Shown here in pieces: positions 8,536 through 17,753 of a stretch of DNA of 64,000 nt (within the stretch, counting starts at the first letter, position 1; each line of letters begins with the position of its first letter). A program made the position numbers and the translations under genes. The stretch is from NCBI GenBank assembly GCA_963731625.1, contig CAVSWH010000001.1, forward strand, positions 200,570 to 264,569. The letters run 5' to 3'. The stretch is from an uncultured Actinomycetes bacterium (GTDB lineage: Bacteria; Actinomycetota; Acidimicrobiia; IMCC26256; PALSA-555). The notes under the pieces are model-generated. The model did no database searches. It saw only the letters and a list, made by a program, of their open reading frames with translations, and was not told the origin of the DNA.

Positions 8536-11115
8536 TCACTCCGTGGCGATGGCCTCCAGGACGTCGAGGCGAGCGGCGCGCCACGCGGGGGCCAGCGCGG
8601 CGACCACGCCCGCGACGACCGACAGGGCGACGAAGGCCACGAGCTCGACGGTCGGGAACCGCAGCACGGTGAGGCCCTCGGCCCGGAGCGCGCGTGTGAA
8701 CACCCAGCCCCACAGGACGCCGAGGCCGGTGCCGACGAGCCCGCCGAGGAGCGCGACGACGACCGACTCGCCCCGGATCATGCGGCGCAGCTGGCGGCGC
8801 GTCATCCCGACGACGCGGAGCAGCCCGAGCTCGCGGGTCCGCTCGAAGACCGAGAGGGCCAGCGTGTTCACGATCCCGAGCACGGCGATGATCTCGGACA
8901 GCATGAGCAGCGCGACCGTCACCGCCAGGACGCGGTCGACCGTCTGCTCCTGCGCGTGGGCGTATTCGGCGCGTGTGTACACGCTGATGTTGGGGAAGCT
9001 CGTGGCGAGTGCCCGGTGCAGCGCCGCCGCGGCGGCCGCCGTCTGCCCCGGGCGCGCGCGCACGTACACGAGCGTGTCCCCCGTCGCCGTGCCGAAGCCC
9101 TGCTCGTAGGCCGGCGCGGCGACGATGAAGCCAACGGGGAAGCCGCCGGTGAAGTCGCGCTGGGTGTAGATCCCCACCACGCGCAGGGTCACCGGCCCGG
9201 CGTTGGGGAACTGCATCCCGACGAGGCTCCCGATACCCAAGTGGTATTGGCGGCTCGCGTCCTGCGCGACGAGCACACCGTCGCTCCCCATCGCGGCGAT
9301 GCTGCCCTGGCGCAGCCCGAGGTCGGCGACCTGGGAGAGGTCGGCGGGCGACGCGCCTGCCACCGTCTCCTGGTTGCCGCCGATCGGGACCCGCACGTTC
9401 CCGAACCGGAACGCCGTGACCGCGGCGACCGAGTCGAGCTGCGCGACGCGCTGGGCGACCGTCGGCGAGAACGACGCGAACTGCTGGGCCTTCAGGATGA
9501 GGTCGGCGCGGATTCCGCCGCTCACCGCCCGGGAGATCGACGCCTTCGCGGACGCGCCGAAGATCGCGACGAGCCCGACGAGCGCGAGGCCGATGACGAG
9601 CGCCGAGGCGGTCGCCGCGGTGCGGCGGGGGTTGCGGGTCGCGTTCCCGCGGGCGAGCGTCCCGACCACGCCGGCGGCGCGCAGCGGGCGGGCGAGGAAA
9701 CCGGCGAGCGGGCCGGCGACCGCGGCGAGCAGTACAAGCACGCCGGCGAGGACGAGCACCGCGCCGGCCGCCACCCACCAGACCTCGCGCAGCGTGTTCG
9801 ACTGGTACTGGGTCCGGTGCAGCCCGATGAGGATGGCGGGCACCCCGAGGCCCGCGACGACGAGGCCGACGACGGCGCGGCGGGCGAGGGGTCGGCGCGC
9901 CTCGGTCCGGGCGTCGGTCACGGCGGCGAGCGGCGACACGCGGGCGGCGCGCAGCCCGGGCCACAGCGACGAGAGCACGGTCACGCCGAGCCCGACGCCG
10001 AACGCCGCGAGGACCGTGCGGGTCTCGAGCACCGCGGTCTGGCTCGGCACGGCGAAGCCGAGTCGGTCGGCGAGCCCGAGGAGCGCGACCGCGAGTCCGT
10101 ACCCGATGCCGACGCCCGCGGCCGCGCCGGCGGCGCCGATGACCGCCGCCTCGCCGAGCACCGAGGCGATCACCTGGGGCCCGCTCGCACCGAGCGCGCG
10201 GAGCAGCCCGAGCTCGTGGAGCCGCTGCGTCACGAGGATGGTGAAGGTGTTGAAGATGATGAACGCGGCGACGACCATCCCGATCGCGGTGAAGCCGAGG
10301 AGCAGGTCACCGAGGAGGGTCACGAAGTTCAGGACCACCTGCCCCCGGCTGGTGGCCACCTGCGCCGGGAGGTCCACCTCGTAGAAGGGGCCGAGGGCGC
10401 CGGTCAGGCGCGACTGCACCCGGTCGAGGCTGGCGTGGGGCGCGAGCGTCACGTACGCCGCGTCGAGCTGCCCGGGGGCGCCGAAGACCCGCTGCGCCGT
10501 GCGCAGGTCGAACGCCGCGAACGTGATCGGGCCGAGGTCCGCCTGGTCGCCGAGCGCGAAGAGCCCGACGATCTCGAACTGCTGCTTGGGCCCCTGAAGG
10601 AGCACGTCGACGCGGTCCCCGACGTGGAACCCGTAGCGCCGGGCCGTCCCGTCGTCCATCGCTACCTCGCCCGGGCGGGTCGGCGCGCGGCCGCGGCGGA
10701 CGCCGTCGGCGACGAGGTGCAGCGGGCCCTCCGAGCCGTGGTCCGCCCAGTTGATGCCGACCGTGGGCGCGCCCGAGCTGGAGATGGCGTGGCCGGACCG
10801 GTCGACGAACTGGGCGTAGCCGGTCACGAAACTCGTGGCGCTGCCGACGCCCGGGACGGCACGGGCCTGCGCGGTGACGGTGTCGGGGAACCGCTGGAGG
10901 AAGGCGCCGCCCCCGCCCCCGGGCGGGGGCCGGGCGCGGACGACGAGATCCACCCCGGCGAGGGTCTGGCGGTAGACGCCCTGGAAGGAGGTGGTCAGCG
11001 TGTCGGTGAGCACGAACGTCCCGGTGACGAACGCGACTCCGAGCACCACGGCGAGGCCGGTGAGGGCCAGGCGGACGCGCCGCCCGACGATCCCCTTGAC
11101 GGTGGCCTTCCACAT
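8536..11115 (-). CDS. ABC-transporter permease with two FtsX-type domains (MacB/FtsX-like, 860 aa)
   Basis: The start is set at ATG 11115 (MWKATVKGIVGRRVRLALTGLAVVLGVAF). Two modules, each with four helices, are separated by large extracytoplasmic regions. The upstream 157 codons of track ORF 8536..11586 are low-complexity and overlap the SDR gene region. Confidence 0.8.
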   Translation of the reverse strand: MWKATVKGIVGRRVRLALTGLAVVLGVAFVTGTFVLTDTLTTSFQGVYRQTLAGVDLVVRARPPPGGGGGAFLQRFPDTVTAQARAVPGVGSATSFVTGYAQFVDRSGHAISSSGAPTVGINWADHGSEGPLHLVADGVRRGRAPTRPGEVAMDDGTARRYGFHVGDRVDVLLQGPKQQFEIVGLFALGDQADLGPITFAAFDLRTAQRVFGAPGQLDAAYVTLAPHASLDRVQSRLTGALGPFYEVDLPAQVATSRGQVVLNFVTLLGDLLLGFTAIGMVVAAFIIFNTFTILVTQRLHELGLLRALGASGPQVIASVLGEAAVIGAAGAAAGVGIGYGLAVALLGLADRLGFAVPSQTAVLETRTVLAAFGVGLGVTVLSSLWPGLRAARVSPLAAVTDARTEARRPLARRAVVGLVVAGLGVPAILIGLHRTQYQSNTLREVWWVAAGAVLVLAGVLVLLAAVAGPLAGFLARPLRAAGVVGTLARGNATRNPRRTAATASALVIGLALVGLVAIFGASAKASISRAVSGGIRADLILKAQQFASFSPTVAQRVAQLDSVAAVTAFRFGNVRVPIGGNQETVAGASPADLSQVADLGLRQGSIAAMGSDGVLVAQDASRQYHLGIGSLVGMQFPNAGPVTLRVVGIYTQRDFTGGFPVGFIVAAPAYEQGFGTATGDTLVYVRARPGQTAAAAAALHRALATSFPNISVYTRAEYAHAQEQTVDRVLAVTVALLMLSEIIAVLGIVNTLALSVFERTRELGLLRVVGMTRRQLRRMIRGESVVVALLGGLVGTGLGVLWGWVFTRALRAEGLTVLRFPTVELVAFVALSVVAGVVAALAPAWRAARLDVLEAIATE

Positions 11116-11182
11116 GGCGGCCGTGCTCCCGACCTCGACCGAGCGACCATCATGGTCGGCGACGGCGAGCAGGGAGCGGCAG

Positions 11183-11974
11183 GTGGGGCGACTCGACGGG
11201 GGGCGGGCGGTGGTGACGGGCGGCGCGTCCGGCATCGGACGGGCGGCGTGTCGCGCCCTGCACCGGGAGGGCGCGACGGTCGCGGTCCTGGACCTCGACG
11301 AGGCCGGCGCCGCCGTGACCGCCAAGGAAGTGGACGGGCGCGCGTTCGGTGTCGACGTCACCGACGCCGCCGCGCTCGAGGTGGCGGTCCGCGACGCGGC
11401 CGACCGCATGGGTGGGTTGACCATGTTGTTCAACAACGCCGGCGGGTCGAACATGGCGGGGATCCACGAGTGGGACCCCGCCGAGTGGGACCGCATCGTG
11501 CGCCTCAACCTCGGCGGTGTGTTCCACGGGATGCGGGTCGGCGCCCCGCTCATCGTCGAGAGCGGTGGCGGCGCGGTCGTCAACACGGCGTCGATCAGTG
11601 GGACCCGGCCGGCGGCCGGCGAGGCCCCCTACGCGGCCGCGAAGGCCGCGGTCGCCGCCCTCACCGCCAGCGCCGCCCTCGAGTACGCCCCGACGGTGCG
11701 GGTGAACGCGGTCTCGCCGGGGATGATCCACACCGGGCTCACCGACATCCTCCTCACCGGGTTCGACTGGACGGTGCCCCACATGGAGGCCAAGACCCCG
11801 CTCGCCCGGATCGGCACCCCGGAGGACATCGCCGACGTCGTCGCGTTCCTCTGCTCCGACGCCGCCCGCTTCGTGACCGGCCAGAACCTCGTCGTCGACG
11901 GGGGCATGACCCTGCACGGCTCCGGGGTCGACGGCCTCCTCGACCGGTTCCGGGCGATGCTCCCGCCCCGGTAG
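11183..11974 (+). CDS. Short-chain dehydrogenase/reductase
   Basis: It has AVVTGGASGIGRA, NNAG and YAAAKAAV (YxxxK). The start is taken as GTG 11183, and upstream track residues are not SDR-like. Confidence 0.88.
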   Translation: MGRLDGGRAVVTGGASGIGRAACRALHREGATVAVLDLDEAGAAVTAKEVDGRAFGVDVTDAAALEVAVRDAADRMGGLTMLFNNAGGSNMAGIHEWDPAEWDRIVRLNLGGVFHGMRVGAPLIVESGGGAVVNTASISGTRPAAGEAPYAAAKAAVAALTASAALEYAPTVRVNAVSPGMIHTGLTDILLTGFDWTVPHMEAKTPLARIGTPEDIADVVAFLCSDAARFVTGQNLVVDGGMTLHGSGVDGLLDRFRAMLPPR

Positions 11975-12009
11975 CCGGGCGAGCACTCAAGGTTCGAGCC
12001 GCCAGGTCC

Positions 12010-12039
12010 GATCCTCCCGTGACGGTTCGCGGGAGGATC
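12010..12039 (+). promoter_or_regulatory. Perfect 10-bp hairpin that sequesters the Shine-Dalgarno sequence of the CAP-domain gene
   Basis: GATCCTCCCG (12010-12019) pairs perfectly with CGGGAGGATC (12030-12039) across a 10-nt loop. The 3' arm contains the SD GGGAGGA, and the ATG is at 12041. Confidence 0.6.
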
Positions 12040-12040
12040 G

Positions 12041-12514
12041 ATGGGCAAGCTTCGATGGTGGGCCGGGATCCTCACCGCGACCGTCTCGCTCAGCGTGGTC
12101 GGCGCCGCCTGCGCCGCGCCCCCGCCGCCGCAGTGCGGGATGGACCCGACGAGCGCCGCGATCCTCAACGACGTGAACGTGTCACGGGCCCAGAACGGCT
12201 TGCCGGCCCTGGCGGCCAACGGCCAGCTGACCTGCCTGGCCCAGGGCTGGAGCGCGTACATGGCCGCCACGAACACCTTCTCGCACCGCAACCTGGCGGC
12301 CGTCCTCGCCTCCCCGGGCTACGGCGGCTACCACACCCTCGGCGAGAACATCCTCGAGGGGCCGGCGTCGATGAGCGCCGACGCGATGCACACCGCGTGG
12401 ATGAACTCGCCCGACCACCGGGCGAACATCCTCTCGGGCGCCTACTCGTCGCTCGGGATCGGGCTCGCGTACGCCAACGGGCAGGTGTGGGCCACCGAAG
12501 ACTTCGGCGGCTGA
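12041..12514 (+). CDS. Secreted CAP/SCP (cysteine-rich secretory protein, YkwD-like) domain protein
   Basis: It has a signal-peptide-like N-terminus (LRWWAGILTATVSLSVVGAACAAP). CAP motifs are present: FSHRNL, GENI, SPDHRANIL and GIGLAY. Confidence 0.85.
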   Translation: MGKLRWWAGILTATVSLSVVGAACAAPPPPQCGMDPTSAAILNDVNVSRAQNGLPALAANGQLTCLAQGWSAYMAATNTFSHRNLAAVLASPGYGGYHTLGENILEGPASMSADAMHTAWMNSPDHRANILSGAYSSLGIGLAYANGQVWATEDFGG

Positions 12515-12652
12515 CCCGGCGCCGGCCCGCGGGTCGTCGCCCACCAGAGGCTGGGGCCGGCGATCGCGCCGCTCGGCACGACGGCGCCGCACGATCAGCG
12601 CGAGCCCACACGCCACGACCACCGCCCCGAACACGGGGCGACGGGGGACTCG

Positions 12653-12988
12653 CTAGGGCGTCGGGCGACTCGCCTGGCGATCGAGCTCCTCGAACTCGTC
12701 CGCGGAGACGAGAAACGCCCACCACATCCCGAAGAACACCCCGGCGATGATGCCGATGCCGCCGGCCACGGGGAGCGCCACCTCGAAGTTCCCGCTGCCG
12801 GCGAGGGCGAGCGCGACCGCCACGATGCCGAGCCAGATCACGACGCAGACCGGGACCGCGACGAGCGACGACACCACGACCTTGTGCATGAGCGTCCGCT
12901 CCGCGGCGCGGGCCTGCTCGAGACGCCCGGCGACGGTGTCGCTCGGGGCGACGACGACGTCGCCGGCGACCTCCACCTCGGTGCTCAT
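12653..12988 (-). CDS. Small membrane protein, hypothetical (111 aa)
   Basis: It has two clear hydrophobic helices (VVVSSLVAVPVCVVIWLGIVAVALALA and PVAGGIGIIAGVFFGMWWAFLV) and GC-rich third codon positions. No family was recognised. Confidence 0.55.
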   Translation of the reverse strand: MSTEVEVAGDVVVAPSDTVAGRLEQARAAERTLMHKVVVSSLVAVPVCVVIWLGIVAVALALAGSGNFEVALPVAGGIGIIAGVFFGMWWAFLVSADEFEELDRQASRPTP

Positions 12989-13010
12989 CGGGTCCGCTCC
13001 ATCGCTCCGA

Positions 13011-13628
13011 TCATGCCACGGCCCCTCGGGCCCGCAGCGCCTCGAGGATCTCGGCCGCCGCCGCCGGCGGCGCCGTCGCGGCGGCGTCGAGCACGAGGTC
13101 CGGGTGCTCCGGCGCCTCGTACGGGTCGTCGACCCCGGTGAACCCCGTGAGCTCGCCGGCGCGTGCCCGCCGGTAGAGGCCCTTCGGGTCGCGCGCCTCG
13201 CAGACTGCGAGCGGCACGTCGACGAACACCTCGAGGAACACGAGGTCGCTGGCCTCGTGGATCGCCCGAGCGTGGGCCCGCCCGGCGCGATAGGGGCTGA
13301 TGACGGGGACGCTCACCACGAGCCCGGCGTCGGCGCAGAGGCGCGCCACCTCCGCGACGCGCCGCACGTTCTCGGCGCGATCGTCGGCCGAGAACCCGAG
13401 GTCGCCGTTCAGGCCGTGGCGCAGGTTGTCGCCGTCGAGCGTGTAGGCGAGCACGCCCCGGCTGCTGAGCGCGACGGTGAGCGCCGACGCGACCGTCGAC
13501 TTCCCGGAGCCGGAGAGGCCGGTGAGCCAGACCGTCGCGCCGTGCGCCCCGGCCGCGTCCCAACGCGCCACGCGGGCCAGCTCGCCCTCCTGCCAGACCA
13601 CGTCCGGGCTGACGGGCGGGCCGGTCAC
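13011..13628 (-). CDS. cysC: Adenylylsulfate (APS) kinase
   Basis: It has the P-loop WLTGLSGSGKSTVA and LDGDNLRHGLN. The GTG at 13628 overlaps the cysN stop (GTGA at 13625-13628). Confidence 0.92.
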   Translation of the reverse strand: MTGPPVSPDVVWQEGELARVARWDAAGAHGATVWLTGLSGSGKSTVASALTVALSSRGVLAYTLDGDNLRHGLNGDLGFSADDRAENVRRVAEVARLCADAGLVVSVPVISPYRAGRAHARAIHEASDLVFLEVFVDVPLAVCEARDPKGLYRRARAGELTGFTGVDDPYEAPEHPDLVLDAAATAPPAAAAEILEALRARGAVA

Positions 13629-14881
13629 GGCGCGGGCACGCCCAGCACCATCCCGGCGCCGACCGTCTCGAAGGTCGACTCGTCGATGAGGATGAACGAC
13701 CCGGTGACCCGGTTGCGGCGGTACTCGTCGAGGAAGAGCGGGGCCGTGGACCGGAGGCTCACCCGCCCGATGTCGTTCATCTCGAGGGTGTCCTGCTGCT
13801 CGTCGCGGTGCAGCGTGTTGACGTCCAGGCGGTAGTGCAGCTGCTGGACGCGAGCGCGGGCGGCGCGCGTCGTGTGCTTGAGCGCATAGACGGCGCCCTC
13901 CCGCAGCGGCCGCTCGTTGAACCAGCAGACCATCGCGTCGACGTCCTGGGTGACGGCGGGGGCGTTGTTCGGCCGGCACAGCAGGTCGCCGCGACCCACG
14001 TCGAGGTCGTCACTGAGCCGGATGCTCGCGGACATCGGGGGGATGGCCTCCTCGACCGACTCCCCGAACTCGTCGATCGCCGCGATCGTGCTCGTGAAGC
14101 CGCTCGGGAGCACGAGGACTTCGTCGCCCGGGCGGAACATGCCGCTCGCAACCTGCCCGGCGTAGCCGCGGTAGTCGTGGAAGTCGTGGCTCATCGGCCG
14201 GATCACGTACTGCACGGGGAAGCGTGCGTCGATCAGGTTGCGGTCCGAGCCGATATAGACGTGCTCGAGGTGGTGCAGCAGCGTCGGCCCCTCGTACCAG
14301 GGCGTGTTCGGCGAGTGGGACACCACGTTGTCGCCGAGCAGCGCCGACACGGGGATGAACGTCAGGTCGTCGATGTCGAGCTTCGCGGCGAAGTCGGTGA
14401 ACTCGGCGCAGATCTCGTCGAAGCGGCCCTCGTCGAAGTCGACCAGGTCCATCTTGTTCACGCAGAGGACGAGGTGCTTCACCTGGAGCAGCGACGTGAT
14501 GACCGCATGGCGACGCGACTGCTCGAGCACGCCCTTGCGGGCGTCGACGAGCACGAGCGTGAGGTCCGCGGTCGACGCACCGGTCACCATGTTGCGCGTG
14601 TACTGGATGTGGCCTGGGGTGTCGGCGATGATGAACTTGCGGCGTGGCGTCGCGAAGTAGCGGTACGCGACGTCGATCGTGATGCCCTGCTCGCGCTCGG
14701 CTCGCAGCCCATCGGTGAGCAGGGCCAGGTTCGTGTAGTCGAAGCCGCGGTCGCGGCTCGTCCGCTCGACCGCCTCGAGCTGGTCCTCGAAGATCTGCTT
14801 CGTCTCGAGGAGCAGCCGGCCGATCAGCGTGCTCTTGCCATCGTCGACCGAGCCGGCCGTGGCGAAGCGCAGGAGCTCCAT
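13625..14881 (-). CDS. cysN: Sulfate adenylyltransferase subunit 1 (GTPase)
   Basis: The start is ATG 14881 (MELLRFATAGSVDDGKSTLIGRLL). G motifs are present: GSVDDGKST, DTPGH and NKMD. The upstream part of track ORF 13625..15322 is a shadow of cysD. Confidence 0.92.
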   Translation of the reverse strand: MELLRFATAGSVDDGKSTLIGRLLLETKQIFEDQLEAVERTSRDRGFDYTNLALLTDGLRAEREQGITIDVAYRYFATPRRKFIIADTPGHIQYTRNMVTGASTADLTLVLVDARKGVLEQSRRHAVITSLLQVKHLVLCVNKMDLVDFDEGRFDEICAEFTDFAAKLDIDDLTFIPVSALLGDNVVSHSPNTPWYEGPTLLHHLEHVYIGSDRNLIDARFPVQYVIRPMSHDFHDYRGYAGQVASGMFRPGDEVLVLPSGFTSTIAAIDEFGESVEEAIPPMSASIRLSDDLDVGRGDLLCRPNNAPAVTQDVDAMVCWFNERPLREGAVYALKHTTRAARARVQQLHYRLDVNTLHRDEQQDTLEMNDIGRVSLRSTAPLFLDEYRRNRVTGSFILIDESTFETVGAGMVLGVPAP

Positions 14882-14883
14882 CG

Positions 14884-15789
14884 CTAGAAGTAGCCCTCCC
14901 GCTTGCGGTCCTCCATCCCCGCCTCGGAGATGCGGTCGTCGGCGCGCGTCGCTCCCCGCTCGGTGACGCGGGCGGCGGCGACCTCGGCGATCACGTGCTC
15001 CACCGTCGCGGCCGGCGATTCGACGGCGCCCGTGCAAGTGGCGTCGCCGACGGTGCGGAACCGCACGAGGAGCTCCTCGGGGACCTCCCCGTCGAGGCGG
15101 CCGAGGTGCGGGGTGACCGCGAGCAGCATCCCGTCGCGGCGCACCACGGGGCGGCGGTGCGCGAAGTAGATCGAGGGGATCTCGAGCCCGTCGACGGCGA
15201 TGTACTGCCAGATGTCGAGCTCGGTCCAGTTCGACAGGGGGAACACCCGGATGTGCTCCCCGGCGCGGTGGCGTCCGTTGTAGAGGCTCCACACCTCGGG
15301 CCGTTGCGCCTTCGGGTCCCACTGCCCGAACTCGTCACGAAACGAGTAGACGCGCTCCTTCGCGCGGGCCTTTTCCTCGTCGCGGCGCCCGCCGCCGAAC
15401 ACGGCGTCGAAGCGGTGCTCGGCGATCGCGTCGAGAAGGGTCGTGGTCTGGAGCCGGTTGCGCGACGCGCGGGGGCCCGTCTCGTCGACCACCCGACCGA
15501 CGTCGATCGAGGCCTGCACCGAGGCGACGACGAGCTGGACGTCGAGCTCGGCGACGCGGCGATCCCGGTACTCAAGGACCTCCTCGAAGTTGTGCCCGGT
15601 GTCGACGTGCATCACCGGGAACGGGAGGCGCGCCGGCCAGAAGGCCTTCTCCGCGAGGCGGAGCATGACGGCCGAGTCCTTGCCGCCGGAGAAGAGGAGG
15701 ACGGGCCGCTCGAACTCGGCGGCCACCTCCCGGATGATGTGGACGGATTCGGCCTCGAGGGTGTCGAGGTGCGACAGCTGGGTGGGCAT
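14884..15789 (-). CDS. cysD: Sulfate adenylyltransferase subunit 2
   Basis: It has the PAPS-reductase-fold motif LLFSGGKDSAVML and typical CysD length. It lies 2 nt upstream of cysN. Confidence 0.92.
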   Translation of the reverse strand: MPTQLSHLDTLEAESVHIIREVAAEFERPVLLFSGGKDSAVMLRLAEKAFWPARLPFPVMHVDTGHNFEEVLEYRDRRVAELDVQLVVASVQASIDVGRVVDETGPRASRNRLQTTTLLDAIAEHRFDAVFGGGRRDEEKARAKERVYSFRDEFGQWDPKAQRPEVWSLYNGRHRAGEHIRVFPLSNWTELDIWQYIAVDGLEIPSIYFAHRRPVVRRDGMLLAVTPHLGRLDGEVPEELLVRFRTVGDATCTGAVESPAATVEHVIAEVAAARVTERGATRADDRISEAGMEDRKREGYF

Positions 15790-15843
15790 GGGCCGCCCAG
15801 TTTGGCCGACCGCCGGCCCGGGGCCGGCCCGGACCGCCGGCGG

Positions 15844-16044
15844 TCAGGCGGTGTCGACGAGCAGCTGGGGGCGGCGGTACAGCGAGGAGCCCTCCCCCAT
15901 CACCAGGGTGCGCTCGCCGCAGTCGACCACGAGCCGGCGGTCGTGGTGGCCGAGGGGACGGAGGGCGTGCGCCATGCCGCAGCAGGGGCACGGAACGATG
16001 TGCCCAGTCAGCGAGACGGTGGCAGCGCTGAGGAGCTGAACCAT
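15844..16044 (-). CDS. Small Cys-rich protein (66 aa) heading the cysDNC operon, function unknown
   Basis: A strong SD (GGGAGG) lies 6 nt before the ATG at 16044. GC-rich third positions are consistent with coding. Four Cys are present (CPCCG...C). It ends 54 nt before cysD. Confidence 0.5.
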   Translation of the reverse strand: MVQLLSAATVSLTGHIVPCPCCGMAHALRPLGHHDRRLVVDCGERTLVMGEGSSLYRRPQLLVDTA

Positions 16045-16108
16045 CGTGACCTCCCAGTCGGTTCCTACCCTCTCAACGTCGGCAGGCCGATCTTGGTTCT
16101 GTAGGCCT

Positions 16109-17725
16109 TCAGCCGCTCAGGGACGCCCGGATTCGGGGGTAGTCCGGCTTCCCGGCGGCGAGGCGAGGGACGGCGTCGACGAGCTCGAGGCGCCGCGGCA
16201 CCTTGTAGCCGGCGAGACCGGCCCGGCAGTGCGCCTGGAGGTCCTCGAGGGTCGGCGGGGCATCCGTGGGCGCGACGACGGCGACGACCCGCTCCCCCCA
16301 CGTCTCGTCCGGCACCCCGACCACCACGGCGTCGGCAACGCCCGGGTGGGTCTTCAGGACGGCTTCGACCTCCTCGGGGTAGACCTTCTCCCCACCCGTG
16401 TTGATCGTCATGGACCCGCGCCCGAGCAGGCGGATCGATCCGTCGGCCTCGACCATCGCCATGTCGCCGGGCAGGGTCCAGCGGCGGCCGTCGATCTCGA
16501 CGAACGTCGCCGCGCTCTTCGCTTCGTCCTTGTAGTAGCCGAGCGGCGTGCGCCCGGTGGTGGCGAGGCGCCCCACCTCGCTCGACCCCGGCGGGATCGG
16601 CTGCAGCGCGTCGTCGACGACCATCGTCGTGTCCCGCGGCGCGAAGTGCAGCGATTCTGCGGCGCGGCCGCGGGGCGCGAGCAGCGCCAGCGCCTGGACC
16701 GGCGCCTCCGACGAGCCGACGGCCTCCATGACGGTGAGCACCGTCGGCAGCTCGGACAGCAGCCCTGCCTTCACCTCGGCCGACAGCATGCTGCCGCCCG
16801 AGCCGAGGAGCCGGAGCGAGGAGGTGTCGTGACGGCCCGGTGCGCGGCGGAGCGTGTCGAGGAGGGGTCGACCGCTCGCGTCCCCGACGAGGTTCAGCAT
16901 CGCGACCTGCTCGCCCTCGACGAGGGCGAGCACGGCGTCGAGGTCGACGTGCCGCTCGGTGTAGAGCACGACGCGGGCACCGCCGAGCAGCGTCCCGAAC
17001 GCCGACCACTGGCCGCTCGCGTGGCCAAGCGGCCCGAGGGCGAGGCAGATGAACTGGTCGGGGCCGGGGTCGCCGGCCGGCAGGAACGGCCCGAGGCGCT
17101 GCGCGCGGTTCGTCCGCGCGCTCGGCCCGATGGCCTCCGGGGTGTCGATCGGGGGCCCGCCGGCGTTCCCGCCGCCCATCGCGCCGAAGAAGATGTCCTC
17201 GTGGCGCCACATCACGCCCTTCGGCTTCCCGGTGGTGCCACCGGTGTAGAGGATGTAGTGGTCGTCGCCGGAGCGTGGCGCGAAGCCGCGCAACGGGTCG
17301 GCCGCGGCGAGGCGACGCTCGTACTCGTCACCGCCGACCTCGAAGGCGACGCGCAGGCTGGGCACCCGGGCGGGCTGGGCGGCGGCGAGGGAGGCCCGTT
17401 CTGGGTCGGCGAGGAGCGCGACGGCGTCGGCGTCCTCACAGAGGTAGGCGACCTCGTCGGCGGTGTAGCGATCGTTCACGTTGACGGGGACGGCGCGCAG
17501 CTTGAAGCACGCCAGCATGACCTCGAGGTACGCCGTACTCGTGTGGAGGTAGCACGCCACGTGCTCGCCCGGCGCGACGCCGAGGTCGGCGAGGACGTGC
17601 GCCAGCCGGGTGGCCCGGTCGTCGAGCGCCCGGTACGTGAGCTGGCGGCCGTCGGCGCAGACGGCGACGCGGTCGGGCACGTGATCGACGACGCATTCGA
17701 AGAGGTCGGCGACGTTGAACTCCAT
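16109..17725 (-). CDS. Acyl-CoA synthetase / AMP-dependent ligase (FadD-type)
   Basis: It has the AMP-binding motif YTGGTTGKPKGV and the C-terminal GEKVYPEEVE. The start is taken at ATG 17725 (MEFNVADLFE). Confidence 0.9.
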   Translation of the reverse strand: MEFNVADLFECVVDHVPDRVAVCADGRQLTYRALDDRATRLAHVLADLGVAPGEHVACYLHTSTAYLEVMLACFKLRAVPVNVNDRYTADEVAYLCEDADAVALLADPERASLAAAQPARVPSLRVAFEVGGDEYERRLAAADPLRGFAPRSGDDHYILYTGGTTGKPKGVMWRHEDIFFGAMGGGNAGGPPIDTPEAIGPSARTNRAQRLGPFLPAGDPGPDQFICLALGPLGHASGQWSAFGTLLGGARVVLYTERHVDLDAVLALVEGEQVAMLNLVGDASGRPLLDTLRRAPGRHDTSSLRLLGSGGSMLSAEVKAGLLSELPTVLTVMEAVGSSEAPVQALALLAPRGRAAESLHFAPRDTTMVVDDALQPIPPGSSEVGRLATTGRTPLGYYKDEAKSAATFVEIDGRRWTLPGDMAMVEADGSIRLLGRGSMTINTGGEKVYPEEVEAVLKTHPGVADAVVVGVPDETWGERVVAVVAPTDAPPTLEDLQAHCRAGLAGYKVPRRLELVDAVPRLAAGKPDYPRIRASLSG

Positions 17726-17735
17726 GTGGCGGCGC

Positions 17736-17747
17736 GACGCTACCGTT
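17736..17747 (+). promoter_or_regulatory. Copy 1 of the shared motif GAC[AG][CT]NAC[CT]GTT, a candidate operator
   Basis: GACGCTACCGTT lies in the 28-bp gap between the divergent acyl-CoA ligase start (17725) and Rieske oxygenase start (17754). Confidence 0.4.
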
Positions 17748-17753
17748 CTCCTC

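Noticed and set aside
11985-12005. aaGGTTCGAGCCgcc, which looks like a tRNA T-loop
   Set aside because: The flanking bases cannot form a T-stem or acceptor stem. It lies between a gene stop and the SD hairpin, so it is a chance match.
8050-12750. A 1566-aa plus-strand ORF, and similar very long track ORFs such as 2420..4684 (-), 323..1825 (+), 2614..4512 (+), 4727..6400 (-), 30460..32292 (-) and 19015..20229 (-)
   Set aside because: Their translations are monotonous Arg/Pro/Gly/Asp/His-rich strings with no motifs. They run antisense or out of frame across genes that have clear family signatures. These are typical stop-poor shadow frames of high-GC DNA.
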